A DNA stretch of 62,376 nt from Acetofilamentum sp. (lineage in GTDB: Bacteria; Bacteroidota; Bacteroidia; Bacteroidales; JAADGE01), in the NCBI GenBank assembly GCA_020720665.1, contig DYOF01000002.1:1-62376 (forward strand), given 5' to 3'. The position numbers were made by a program, and so were the translations under genes. Shown piece by piece: positions 1 to 8,637 of this stretch (positions are counted from its first letter, which is position 1; each line of letters starts with the position of its first letter). The notes beneath the pieces were generated by a model. It was given only the letters and a program-made list of their open reading frames with translations, was not told the DNA's origin and ran no database searches.

Positions 1-6
1 TATAAT

Positions 7-447
7 TTAAACGGACTTAATCGTATCTTCAACAATTTTATGCATAATACCGGTAACTTTTTTAGATGTCGGAACTATGTCAATATCAGGAAACATCAGA
101 CTTACCATATATGGTTTTAGTTTCATAAATCTAAGAGTAGTTTTATTATTTTCCCGAGCAATTATAATGCTCTTAGGCATCATAATTCCCATATCAAAAC
201 TTAAATTTGTTAACGCATTATGAGATTTACTTGCGTTACATATTTGAACAATTTTATACCTAAAATCATCGCCAACTTTAAGTTTGTTTTTTTTATAAGT
301 TTCCTCTAAATCATGTATGGCTTGTATTGCAAATCCATTACTTTCAACAGCTTTTTTTAAAGAATCAATTACAGTATCAAAAGGTGCTTCTACTGTTTCT
401 GTATGAATAACAGAACCTAAGAATAATTTTGAAATAAATTTTTTCAT
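7..447 (-). CDS. DUF302-like small protein
   Basis: 146-aa ORF with no competing frame. Size and sequence pattern resemble the DUF302 family. Assigned from memory only. Confidence 0.5.
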   Translation of the reverse strand: MKKFISKLFLGSVIHTETVEAPFDTVIDSLKKAVESNGFAIQAIHDLEETYKKNKLKVGDDFRYKIVQICNASKSHNALTNLSFDMGIMMPKSIIIARENNKTTLRFMKLKPYMVSLMFPDIDIVPTSKKVTGIMHKIVEDTIKSV

Positions 448-759
448 TGTTTAATTAATTTAAGATAAAAAAATGCAAATCTATTATATTTAAAACTTAT
501 TTCAATACCAATATTTAGGTATTTTTATGAGTGTTTTTTGCAGATTTAACTCACATTTTTCATTCATAATGAGGATTTGAAAGTTTATATTTTAGAAGTC
601 AAAAGTTTATGTCGATTTTTTTATAATATTTTAGCCCAAATTTGAACTAAATTATTAAACTACAAAATTCTGTAAATTATGAAGTTTGAACTTTTTAACT
701 CTTGAATGATATGAATAATTCAGCGAGAGTCTCGATTCGACTGACTCGTCCCGATAAAG

Positions 760-1602
760 TTATTTTACCGTACAAAACGTTTCAATGTCTTTTGCAACCC
801 TGAAACCGATGGTTGATTTTTTTGTTTCCGGACGACAAGCACGTCGATTTGTTACTTTGATAAAATCTAATGAATTATACCACGAACCGCCTCTGTAAAC
901 TTTAATTAAACCGTCAGGTGGTCCTTGCGGATTTTTTTTTAATATATTTGCATAGTAATTATCTGAATACCAATCACTACACCATTCGTCAACATTTCCT
1001 GTCAAATCATAGATACCTTTTTTTTCAGCTTGTTTTAATCCTACTTGATGAACATTCATTTCTGAATTTTCTTTAAACCATGCAACTTTATCAGGAAAAT
1101 TACTTCCGGCGTAACTATGATACTTAAATAACAGATTTTTATTTTTCTTTTTGGCTGCATATTCCCATTCGGCTTCTGTAGGTAATCGAAAATTATAATA
1201 ATGACAAAAAGCGTTTGCACCAAACCAACTTACAAAATTAACCGGATAGTTTTCAAAGCCGGTATCAACATAAAAACGCTCCCCTTTAAAATATATTTTT
1301 GATGACCTTTCATTCGTTGAATCTTGCAAATTAATATATGAATGTATTGTGTCTTCTGAAATTTTATGAGAATTTAAAAACCGACAATATTCTGTATTGC
1401 TTACTTCAAATTTTCCGATAAAAAAATCTGAAATTGATATTTTTACTTCATGATTTTCATCAGAATTTCCTTTCTTATTTCCTATTTTATACTTTCCGCC
1501 TTTAATATAAATCGTTTCTGTTTCAATAGAATTACTTTGACTGAAAAATTCTGATATTTTAAATAAACCGATGAATAGTAAAATACTGAGTTTAAAAATC
1601 AT
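760..1602 (-). CDS. Secreted formylglycine-generating-enzyme (FGE-sulfatase/SUMF1) domain protein
   Basis: N-terminal signal peptide. Motifs YPVNFVSW, LPTEAEWEYAA, GNVDEWC, YRGGSW and GFRVAK are typical of the FGE-sulfatase fold. Confidence 0.8.
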   Translation of the reverse strand: MIFKLSILLFIGLFKISEFFSQSNSIETETIYIKGGKYKIGNKKGNSDENHEVKISISDFFIGKFEVSNTEYCRFLNSHKISEDTIHSYINLQDSTNERSSKIYFKGERFYVDTGFENYPVNFVSWFGANAFCHYYNFRLPTEAEWEYAAKKKNKNLLFKYHSYAGSNFPDKVAWFKENSEMNVHQVGLKQAEKKGIYDLTGNVDEWCSDWYSDNYYANILKKNPQGPPDGLIKVYRGGSWYNSLDFIKVTNRRACRPETKKSTIGFRVAKDIETFCTVK

Positions 1603-1640
1603 TTTAGCTTTGTTATTAGGTACATTTAGGTATTCCGAGT

Positions 1641-2567
1641 CTAAATATCTTCTGATTTTTTTGCAAACCGTTCATAATTTACCAACCAAGCGGCTGCATT
1701 TTTAACATATCTTCCCGTTCCTGCATGATCCCATGATATATATAAGCGTGTAAAACCACCGTCTAAGATTAATCGTTTACCGTCTTTTTCATATGTAGCC
1801 GTAACTAAATTGCTTTCATGACCGTAAATTAAAGGTTCAAGTACTTGTTGTTTATCTTGTAATGTAGCAATTGTAACACCTTCATATACATATTCTAAAC
1901 CGGTTGTAATTAAATGTCCGGGTGTGAGTCCGGTGTTTTTTTTGTTGTCATTTAAACCTACGACTTCGTTGCCGGGTAAATTCCCTAACATTTTAACCCC
2001 GATTAAATAATCTGAAACATAGTTAGCATCAGCATAATACGGTTCGTTATCACCCCAAATATAAACCCCTTTTCCGCTGTCGAAAAACGCTTTAATAACT
2101 TTTAAATGTTCTTCATTCAATTTTTGAGTATAACTTGAAATAATCCATAGCTGACATGCTTTTTTTAATGATTTTTCGAGTTCTTCGGGAGAGGGCGGGT
2201 TATCAATCCATCTGTAAACCGAAAAACCTTTTTCTTGTAATGCGGCTTTAGGCAGTGAAAAGTCAAAACCTTCGCCGGTATATAAATGTAGAACGGCAAC
2301 TGTTTCGCCTTGAAAAGCTCCGTCAACGGCTAAATCGTATTGATTTCCCTGAGCATTTCCGTGTCTGTCTGATTCAACTTTAATTTTTTTAACCGAGCCT
2401 GAAAGTGCATCTGTTTGTTCTTCATATACCGCATTTTTTGATGCACATTCATTATAAACTTGTGCCTGTAATTCTCCCATAAAAAAGAAGAACAATAAAA
2501 TAAAAGCAATTACGAAGGTCAAATAAATGCCTATCGTTTGTTTTGAGTTTGATTCGTAGTTTTTCAT
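1641..2567 (-). CDS. Hypothetical membrane-anchored/exported protein
   Basis: 308 aa with an N-terminal hydrophobic anchor (IGIYLTFVIAFILLFFFF). No family recognised. It ends 38 nt upstream of the FGE-domain gene, so the two are probably co-transcribed. Leader element copy A lies directly upstream. Confidence 0.6.
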   Translation of the reverse strand: MKNYESNSKQTIGIYLTFVIAFILLFFFFMGELQAQVYNECASKNAVYEEQTDALSGSVKKIKVESDRHGNAQGNQYDLAVDGAFQGETVAVLHLYTGEGFDFSLPKAALQEKGFSVYRWIDNPPSPEELEKSLKKACQLWIISSYTQKLNEEHLKVIKAFFDSGKGVYIWGDNEPYYADANYVSDYLIGVKMLGNLPGNEVVGLNDNKKNTGLTPGHLITTGLEYVYEGVTIATLQDKQQVLEPLIYGHESNLVTATYEKDGKRLILDGGFTRLYISWDHAGTGRYVKNAAAWLVNYERFAKKSEDI

Positions 2568-2585
2568 GTGTCTAAATATTTTTAA

Positions 2586-2740
2586 CTAATTAATAATCTG
2601 TAAATTGAATGCTTATGCTTATTTATAATCCTTGTTCTTTCCTGCACATAGGAACACTTCACTTTCTGTTAAATGTAATTGAGGTATTCTGTTAGTCATG
2701 CTCCTTTATGTAAAAAACTGTCTTACATGGGTGTTTCATA
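2586..2740 (-). repeat. Conserved ~170-nt leader element, copy A
   Basis: Shares long identical runs with copy B, read on the minus strand: aggagcatgactaacagaatacc (23 nt), tgaagtgttcctatgtgcag (20 nt) and cagattattaatta. The tttagacaNATGAAA end abuts the start codon at 2567. Confidence 0.85.
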
Positions 2741-2905
2741 ATTAATAATTTTCCTTATAGTTTGTAATTATCAGATGTTAAATCCGAAAAAAATCCACAA
2801 GGATTATTAAAATGATTTTAAAAAAAAGAGGAATGATATGATGCGGCAGCTTATAAAATACATATATATCTATTTCAATATAAACATTTTACGATTTTAA
2901 AACCA

Positions 2906-3901
2906 TTATTTATTTTCAATGATTTTTTCTTGAAGTTTTTCTAACTTTTCAGTAGCTCTTTTAAAAAATTTATATCTGTGAATTTGAGAAACTCCGCTTA
3001 TTAAATTAGATTTTTTAAGTAAGTTGTCTAACCATGTTTTTGTATCGGCAACAAAACCCGGGTTGCCTGTTGTTATTTTATTAAATGTATGAACACTTAA
3101 GTATATGGATTCAATTCCGGCTTTTCGTGTATAAATACAATTATTACCTATTTCAATTTGACTGTGAAATAAATTAAAGTTTTCAGACACAGGTGTTCCC
3201 TTAATATTTTTATGACTGATTTCAGCTTGTTTATTTAAAGTTTCTATCTCTAATTTAGCTTGTTCACAAACTTTTAAGGCATCTTCTTGTGTATCAAAGT
3301 TTCCTGAATCCCAATAAAATTCAATTTGCTTAATTAAACTGTTTATGGTTTCATCTGTCCAAATTTCTATTGAAGGGATTTTACAATATACTTCATAAAT
3401 TTTAGTTCCTATATCAGCAAATTCAGGGCTTATATGATTAATTGAAAATTTTTTATCGGCTAATGCAGGAACATTAACCACTGCTTTCATCCAATAAAAC
3501 ATTTTAAAAGCAGATAATTCAGGATATTTGAAATGATGGAAAATAGGAACGTCAATTGCTGCATAAATTATTTGTTTATCTTCAGCACGTTCAATTTGCA
3601 ACATATCATTTAAAATTGAAGTTAAATACGTCCTGAATCCGGCAGAACTTCCGAGTGAATCATAGTGAAATGCAATATTTTTGGCTTGATGTGTAAATAA
3701 ATCGAATGAAATATTATAATACGTGCACAGCTCATAAATTTCATTAACCGACAGTAGAGTTTCGCCTCTCAGCCTCCTATATACACTGTCGTTACTTATT
3801 TCAAGTACCTTAGCTAATTCATCTGTAAATGAATTTTGTTCAGGGATTAAGTCTTTAATACGATTTAAAAAATAAATTTGTAAGGTATTATCTTTCAGCA
3901 T
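2906..3901 (-). CDS. Helix-turn-helix transcriptional regulator with a large C-terminal domain
   Basis: 331 aa. The N-terminal segment FTDELAKVLEISNDSVYRRLRGETLLSVNEIYELC looks like an HTH. The C-terminal ~250 aa are unassigned. Confidence 0.55.
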   Translation of the reverse strand: MLKDNTLQIYFLNRIKDLIPEQNSFTDELAKVLEISNDSVYRRLRGETLLSVNEIYELCTYYNISFDLFTHQAKNIAFHYDSLGSSAGFRTYLTSILNDMLQIERAEDKQIIYAAIDVPIFHHFKYPELSAFKMFYWMKAVVNVPALADKKFSINHISPEFADIGTKIYEVYCKIPSIEIWTDETINSLIKQIEFYWDSGNFDTQEDALKVCEQAKLEIETLNKQAEISHKNIKGTPVSENFNLFHSQIEIGNNCIYTRKAGIESIYLSVHTFNKITTGNPGFVADTKTWLDNLLKKSNLISGVSQIHRYKFFKRATEKLEKLQEKIIENK

Positions 3902-3910
3902 ATTTAAGAT

Positions 3911-5215
3911 TTACAAGCGTTCAATTTGTGCACCTAATGCATTTAAGCGTTGATCAATATTTTGGTATCCTCGGTCTATTTGTTCGATATTATGAATGAT
4001 ACTGGTTCCTTCTGCCGACAAAGCAGCAATAAGAAGGGCTATACCGGCTCTGATATCGGGTGAAGTCATTGTTGCCGACCTGAGAGAAATTTCATTATTT
4101 AAACCGATAACAGTTGCTCTGTGCGGATCGCATAAAATTATTTTAGCCCCCATATCAATCAATTTATCGACAAAAAACAAACGACTTTCAAACATTTTTT
4201 GATGTATTAAAACACTTCCTTTTGCCTGAGTGGCGCACACTAAAATCACACTAAGTATATCAGGTGTTAAACCCGGCCAAGGGGCATCGGCAATTGTCAT
4301 TATTGAACCGTCAATAAATGTTTCTATTTCATAATTTTCATGCGCAGGGATAAATATATCATTTTCAATTTGTTCTACTTTAATTCCTAAATTTTTAAAT
4401 GCTTTAGGAATCATTCCTAAATCATTCATATTCACATTTTTAATTGTGATTTCAGATTTTGTCATTGCCGCTAAACCGATAAAACTTCCGACTTCAATCA
4501 TATCAGGCATAATGGTATGTGTACAGCCCTTAAGTTCATTAACCCCATCGATAAGCAATAAATTGGAGCCAACTCCGTTAATTTTCGCTCCCATGCTGAT
4601 TAACATTTTACAGAGTTGCTGCAAATACGGTTCGCAAGCTGCATTATAAATTGTAGTTTTTCCCTCAGCCATTACAGCTGCCATTAAAATATTTGCAGTA
4701 CCGGTTACCGAAGCTTCATCTAAAAGCATATAATCGCCTTTTAAATTTCCAGCCTCAACAGAATAGACATTTTCAAGCGAATTATATTTGAATTCTGCAC
4801 CTAATTTTTCAAATCCTATAAAATGAGTATCCAATCGCCGCCTTCCGATTTTATCACCGCCGGGTGCCGGTATAAACGCTTTTTTGAATCTTGCCAACAA
4901 AGGACCCAGAAGCATAACAGAACCTCTTAATCGGGCACTTTGGTCTTTAAATTCTTTACTTAATAAATAATCTTGATTAATATGCTCTGCTTTAAAAATA
5001 TAATCTGCATGATTTAAGCGAGTTACTTTAACTCCCATACTATCTATAAGATTAATCAAATTATTTACATCTAAAATATCGGGGATATTTTTGACGGTAA
5101 CTTCCTCTGAAGTCAGTAAAACTGCACATAAAATTTGCAATGCTTCATTTTTTGCACCTTGCGGAAATAATTCACCGTTTAATTTATTACCGCCTTTAAT
5201 TTTAAATGATGCCAT
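3911..5215 (-). CDS. murA: UDP-N-acetylglucosamine 1-carboxyvinyltransferase
   Basis: 434 aa. The MurA/EPSP-synthase fold is recognisable throughout (KIKGGNKLNGE..., GAKNEALQILCA, ...IDRGYQNIDQRLNALGAQIE). Confidence 0.95.
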   Translation of the reverse strand: MASFKIKGGNKLNGELFPQGAKNEALQILCAVLLTSEEVTVKNIPDILDVNNLINLIDSMGVKVTRLNHADYIFKAEHINQDYLLSKEFKDQSARLRGSVMLLGPLLARFKKAFIPAPGGDKIGRRRLDTHFIGFEKLGAEFKYNSLENVYSVEAGNLKGDYMLLDEASVTGTANILMAAVMAEGKTTIYNAACEPYLQQLCKMLISMGAKINGVGSNLLLIDGVNELKGCTHTIMPDMIEVGSFIGLAAMTKSEITIKNVNMNDLGMIPKAFKNLGIKVEQIENDIFIPAHENYEIETFIDGSIMTIADAPWPGLTPDILSVILVCATQAKGSVLIHQKMFESRLFFVDKLIDMGAKIILCDPHRATVIGLNNEISLRSATMTSPDIRAGIALLIAALSAEGTSIIHNIEQIDRGYQNIDQRLNALGAQIERL

Positions 5216-5258
5216 ATAACACGTTTTTTATTATTTACTGAAAATATATCTACCTGAC

Positions 5259-5363
5259 AATCAGAGTGCGAACGGCGAAGCCCTCACTGAAAGTAATTGT
5301 TCTAATAAATTGAAGCATAAAATATTATAACATGCTACTTATTAGCGTATTCGCACCCTGATT
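5259..5363 (-). other. Long imperfect inverted repeat; structured intergenic RNA candidate
   Basis: Arms of 14 nt: aatcagagtgcgaa (5259-5272) and ttcgcaccctgatt (5350-5363). The single mismatch becomes a G-U pair on the minus-strand transcript. The region is relatively GC-rich inside an AT-rich spacer between DUF4290 and murA. Confidence 0.35.
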
Positions 5364-5379
5364 TGCGAATTTAAGGCGT

Positions 5380-6018
5380 TTATAATTTTCTTCGTTTGTT
5401 GCTATACCTATTATCTTTTTTACCATTAAATTTATTGTCTTTCTTAAATTTTCCGTTCGGTTTACTACTCACTAAAGTTCCTGATTCACTCAAAACCAAA
5501 TCTTTGGTAATAATTAATTTTCCGTTTGTTAATTCTGTAATTTTTTGAAAAATGAATTCATCGTCAACCATATCTTTACTCCAAGTTAAATAGAGTTTTT
5601 TCATATGATTGGCAATCAGTGCCGTTAATAATCTTTTCTCATCGCTTTCTTCCAATCCAACGGCATATTTTAACATATCGACAATATTTTTACCGAAATA
5701 TTTATATTTGAAATTTTTATTTTCGTATGGTATTTTCTCGGGTTCTTCTGAAAATGTGGCTGATTTAGGCACATCGTAAGGTGAACTGTCATTTAGTTTA
5801 AAATCTGACATAACTACCAAATGATCCCATAATTTATGCTTAAAATCTTTTAAATCACGCAAATACGGATACATTCTACCCATAAGATTTATTATATTTT
5901 CTATAAAAAGTGCTTTTTCGTCCTTATCTTCAATTTGAACTGCTTGTTCTACTAATTGTTGAATATTTCTACCATATTCGGGTAAAATTAATTGTTTTAA
6001 TTGTGTGTTGTATTCCAT
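5380..6018 (-). CDS. DUF4290 domain-containing protein
   Basis: The MEYNTQLKQLILPEYGRNIQQLV N-terminus is typical of DUF4290, which commonly precedes murA in Bacteroidota. The ORF could also start at 6039. Confidence 0.7.
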   Translation of the reverse strand: MEYNTQLKQLILPEYGRNIQQLVEQAVQIEDKDEKALFIENIINLMGRMYPYLRDLKDFKHKLWDHLVVMSDFKLNDSSPYDVPKSATFSEEPEKIPYENKNFKYKYFGKNIVDMLKYAVGLEESDEKRLLTALIANHMKKLYLTWSKDMVDDEFIFQKITELTNGKLIITKDLVLSESGTLVSSKPNGKFKKDNKFNGKKDNRYSNKRRKL

Positions 6019-6091
6019 ATTTTTATTAATAATTATCAAAGTTAAATATTTTAATTTGAAATAAAAATGCCTGTTAAAATTAGAATGACAT

Positions 6092-8410
6092 TTATTTTAA
6101 TACTTGTAATTTTGCAAATTTCAACAATAAATTTTTCTGTCCTGATGAGTCAAAATTAATCAAAGCCTTTATATCAGGCATTGTTCCTTCTAAACTGATA
6201 ATTTTTCCGATACCGAAACGGGCATGATATACTTTAGAACCGATTTCTATATCGTTAATATCTGCACTAAATTCAGTTGTTGTATTTTGAATTTTAACTA
6301 ATTTTTTATTGTAATTTGTTTGAAGGGGTTTTTCGTTTTCAAAATGTAAATTATTACCGGATGTTTCAATCGTTTTTTTTCGTCCCCTGAATAATTTTTT
6401 TGGTTGTGCTGTTATATTTGTCGAAATATTTTGGGGTGAATTTTCAAATAGTGAATAAAACTCAATAAAATCGGGGTTAATATCTTTAATAAAGCGACTC
6501 GGAGTACAATCATAGAGTTGTCCCCATCGGTATCGTTGTCCGGAAAATGTGATGTATATTTCTTTTTCGGCGCGTGTCAGTGCAACATAAAAAAGTCTTC
6601 GTTCTTCTTCAATTTCTTTAATTGATAAAACAGCCATTTCAGAAGGGAACAAACGTTCTTCAACACCAACTATATACACATTTCTGAATTCCAAACCTTT
6701 AGCTGAGTGAATGGTCATTAATGTAACTTTATTTCGCTCGTCATCTTTATGCAAATCTTCATCTGTTAATAAAGCAACCGACTCTAAGTAATTACTTAAA
6801 AACCTGTCTTCGCCGGTTTCATCCGAATCGGCATAAACTCGGATGCCGTTCAACAATTCCTGAACATTTTCATGTCTGGATAAAGATTCAACAGATTTAT
6901 CTTCATATAAATCCTTTAAAATACCGCTTTTATCTGCAATTTCTTTGGCTAATGCATAGGCATCTTTTTCAAATAAATTTGCCGAAAAATTATTTATCAG
7001 ATTAACAAATGCAAAAATCTGATTAACAGCTCTGGAATTTAAGCCCATATCAACAGAACGGATTTTGGAAACGGCATCCCAGATTGATATATTTTCTGTT
7101 GATGCAAAATGAACTAAACGTTCAATGGTTGAATCGCCGATTCCTCTTTTCGGGTAATTGATAATTCGTTTAAATGACTCATCATCTTTTTTATTTACAA
7201 GCAATTTAAAATAAGCTAAGAGGTCTTTTATTTCTTTTCGTTGATAAAAAGAGATTCCGCCGTAAATTATGTAAGGAATGTTTCGTTTAAGTAAGGCTTC
7301 TTCAAAAATTCTGGATTGTGCATTCGTTCGATATAAAATTGCATGGTCTGAATATTCAATTTGTTCATTTAAAATTGATTCTGCAATTTTATTAACAACA
7401 ATAAATCCTTCTTCATGGTCAGTAACAGCTCCGATTAATTTAATTTTTTGTCCGTCTTCATTTTTTGAAAATACGTCTTTTTTAATTCGGTCTTTATTTT
7501 TTTCAATAACCGAATTTGCAGCATCAACAATAACTTTTGTCGACCGGTAATTTTGCTCGAGTTTATAAAGCTGATGTTGGGGATATTCGTTCCTGAATTT
7601 TAAAATATTTTCAATTTTTGCTCCTCTGAATGAGTATATGCTTTGAGCATCATCGCCGACAACACAAATGTTTTTATGAATTTCAGCTAATTTCTTAATT
7701 ATCAAATACTGAGAATAATTGGTATCTTGATATTCGTCAACCAAAATGTAATCGAATTTATTTTGATATTTTTGTAAAATTTCGGGTTTATCACGAAACA
7801 GTATATTCGTTTTTAACAACAAATCGTCAAAATCCATCGCTCCTGAACGGAAACATCGTTCGGTATAAATTTTAAAAATTCTGTAAAATTCAGGTATTTT
7901 TGATTTATCATCGTTAATTCTTGCGGGTGCATTTTTTTCGTAGGCTTCGGCTGTTATTAAATTATTTTTTGAGGAAGAAATTTTTGCATAAACAGAACTC
8001 GGTTTATAAATTTTATCATCTAATTTTAATTCTTTAATAATTGATTTTATGATATTTTTTGAGTCTTGTGCATCATAAATCGTAAAACTTGAAGGGAATC
8101 CTAATGATGCGGCTTCTTGTCTTAAAAATTTTGCAAAAACGGAGTGAAAAGTTCCCATCCAAAGAGGTTTTACGTGTTCTTCTCCGATAAGAAATGCAAT
8201 ACGCTCCTTCATTTCTCTTGCAGCTTTGTTTGTAAAGGTAAGTGCTAAAATCCGATAGGGTTTTACGTTGTTCTTAAGTAAATATGCAATCCGATAGGTT
8301 AATACACGTGTTTTGCCGGAACCGGCTCCCGCAATAACTAAGGAGGGTCCTTTAAAATTTATAACTGCTTTTTTTTGTGCTTCGTTTAATTGATTGATAA
8401 ATTCACTCAC
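6092..8410 (-). CDS. ATP-dependent DNA helicase, UvrD/PcrA/Rep family
   Basis: 772 aa. Walker A (AGAGSGKT), DEYQDT, and the TIHSAKGLEF and VALTRA helicase motifs are present. Confidence 0.92.
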   Translation of the reverse strand: MSEFINQLNEAQKKAVINFKGPSLVIAGAGSGKTRVLTYRIAYLLKNNVKPYRILALTFTNKAAREMKERIAFLIGEEHVKPLWMGTFHSVFAKFLRQEAASLGFPSSFTIYDAQDSKNIIKSIIKELKLDDKIYKPSSVYAKISSSKNNLITAEAYEKNAPARINDDKSKIPEFYRIFKIYTERCFRSGAMDFDDLLLKTNILFRDKPEILQKYQNKFDYILVDEYQDTNYSQYLIIKKLAEIHKNICVVGDDAQSIYSFRGAKIENILKFRNEYPQHQLYKLEQNYRSTKVIVDAANSVIEKNKDRIKKDVFSKNEDGQKIKLIGAVTDHEEGFIVVNKIAESILNEQIEYSDHAILYRTNAQSRIFEEALLKRNIPYIIYGGISFYQRKEIKDLLAYFKLLVNKKDDESFKRIINYPKRGIGDSTIERLVHFASTENISIWDAVSKIRSVDMGLNSRAVNQIFAFVNLINNFSANLFEKDAYALAKEIADKSGILKDLYEDKSVESLSRHENVQELLNGIRVYADSDETGEDRFLSNYLESVALLTDEDLHKDDERNKVTLMTIHSAKGLEFRNVYIVGVEERLFPSEMAVLSIKEIEEERRLFYVALTRAEKEIYITFSGQRYRWGQLYDCTPSRFIKDINPDFIEFYSLFENSPQNISTNITAQPKKLFRGRKKTIETSGNNLHFENEKPLQTNYNKKLVKIQNTTTEFSADINDIEIGSKVYHARFGIGKIISLEGTMPDIKALINFDSSGQKNLLLKFAKLQVLK

Positions 8411-8637
8411 ATTTATTCAAATTCAAGGTTTTATTAATTTAAACCACTCATTGTCCGATATTTTCATGCAGAGCTATTGTAGGAAATACAATTTTTTTCG
8501 GCGTAAAGGTTCTGCAAAATTATAAATGCAAATTTAATATTATTACTTTTTTTAATAATTTATAAAATAAAATGAAAAATTCATTGTTTTTAAATAGGAT
8601 TAGTTTATATCCGAATAGCTTATAAATCTTTTTAGTT

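Noticed and set aside
2693-2740. Possible leader peptide MKHPCKTVFYIKEHD at the start of leader element copy A (MKHP-stop in copy D)
   Set aside because: The ATG is ATA in copy B and ATT in copy C, and the reading frame and length are not conserved. Conservation is at the nucleotide level.
2586-2740. Leader element as a Bacteroidales-style invertible promoter (inverton)
   Set aside because: I found no convincing terminal inverted repeats. The only partial match is GAAACAC against GTGTTCC, both internal to the element. All four copies have the same orientation relative to the downstream ATG.
3996-4649. Two plus-strand ORFs (68 and 67 aa) inside murA
   Set aside because: They are antisense to a confidently identified, full-length murA. 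They are short with no recognisable motifs, as expected for shadow ORFs.
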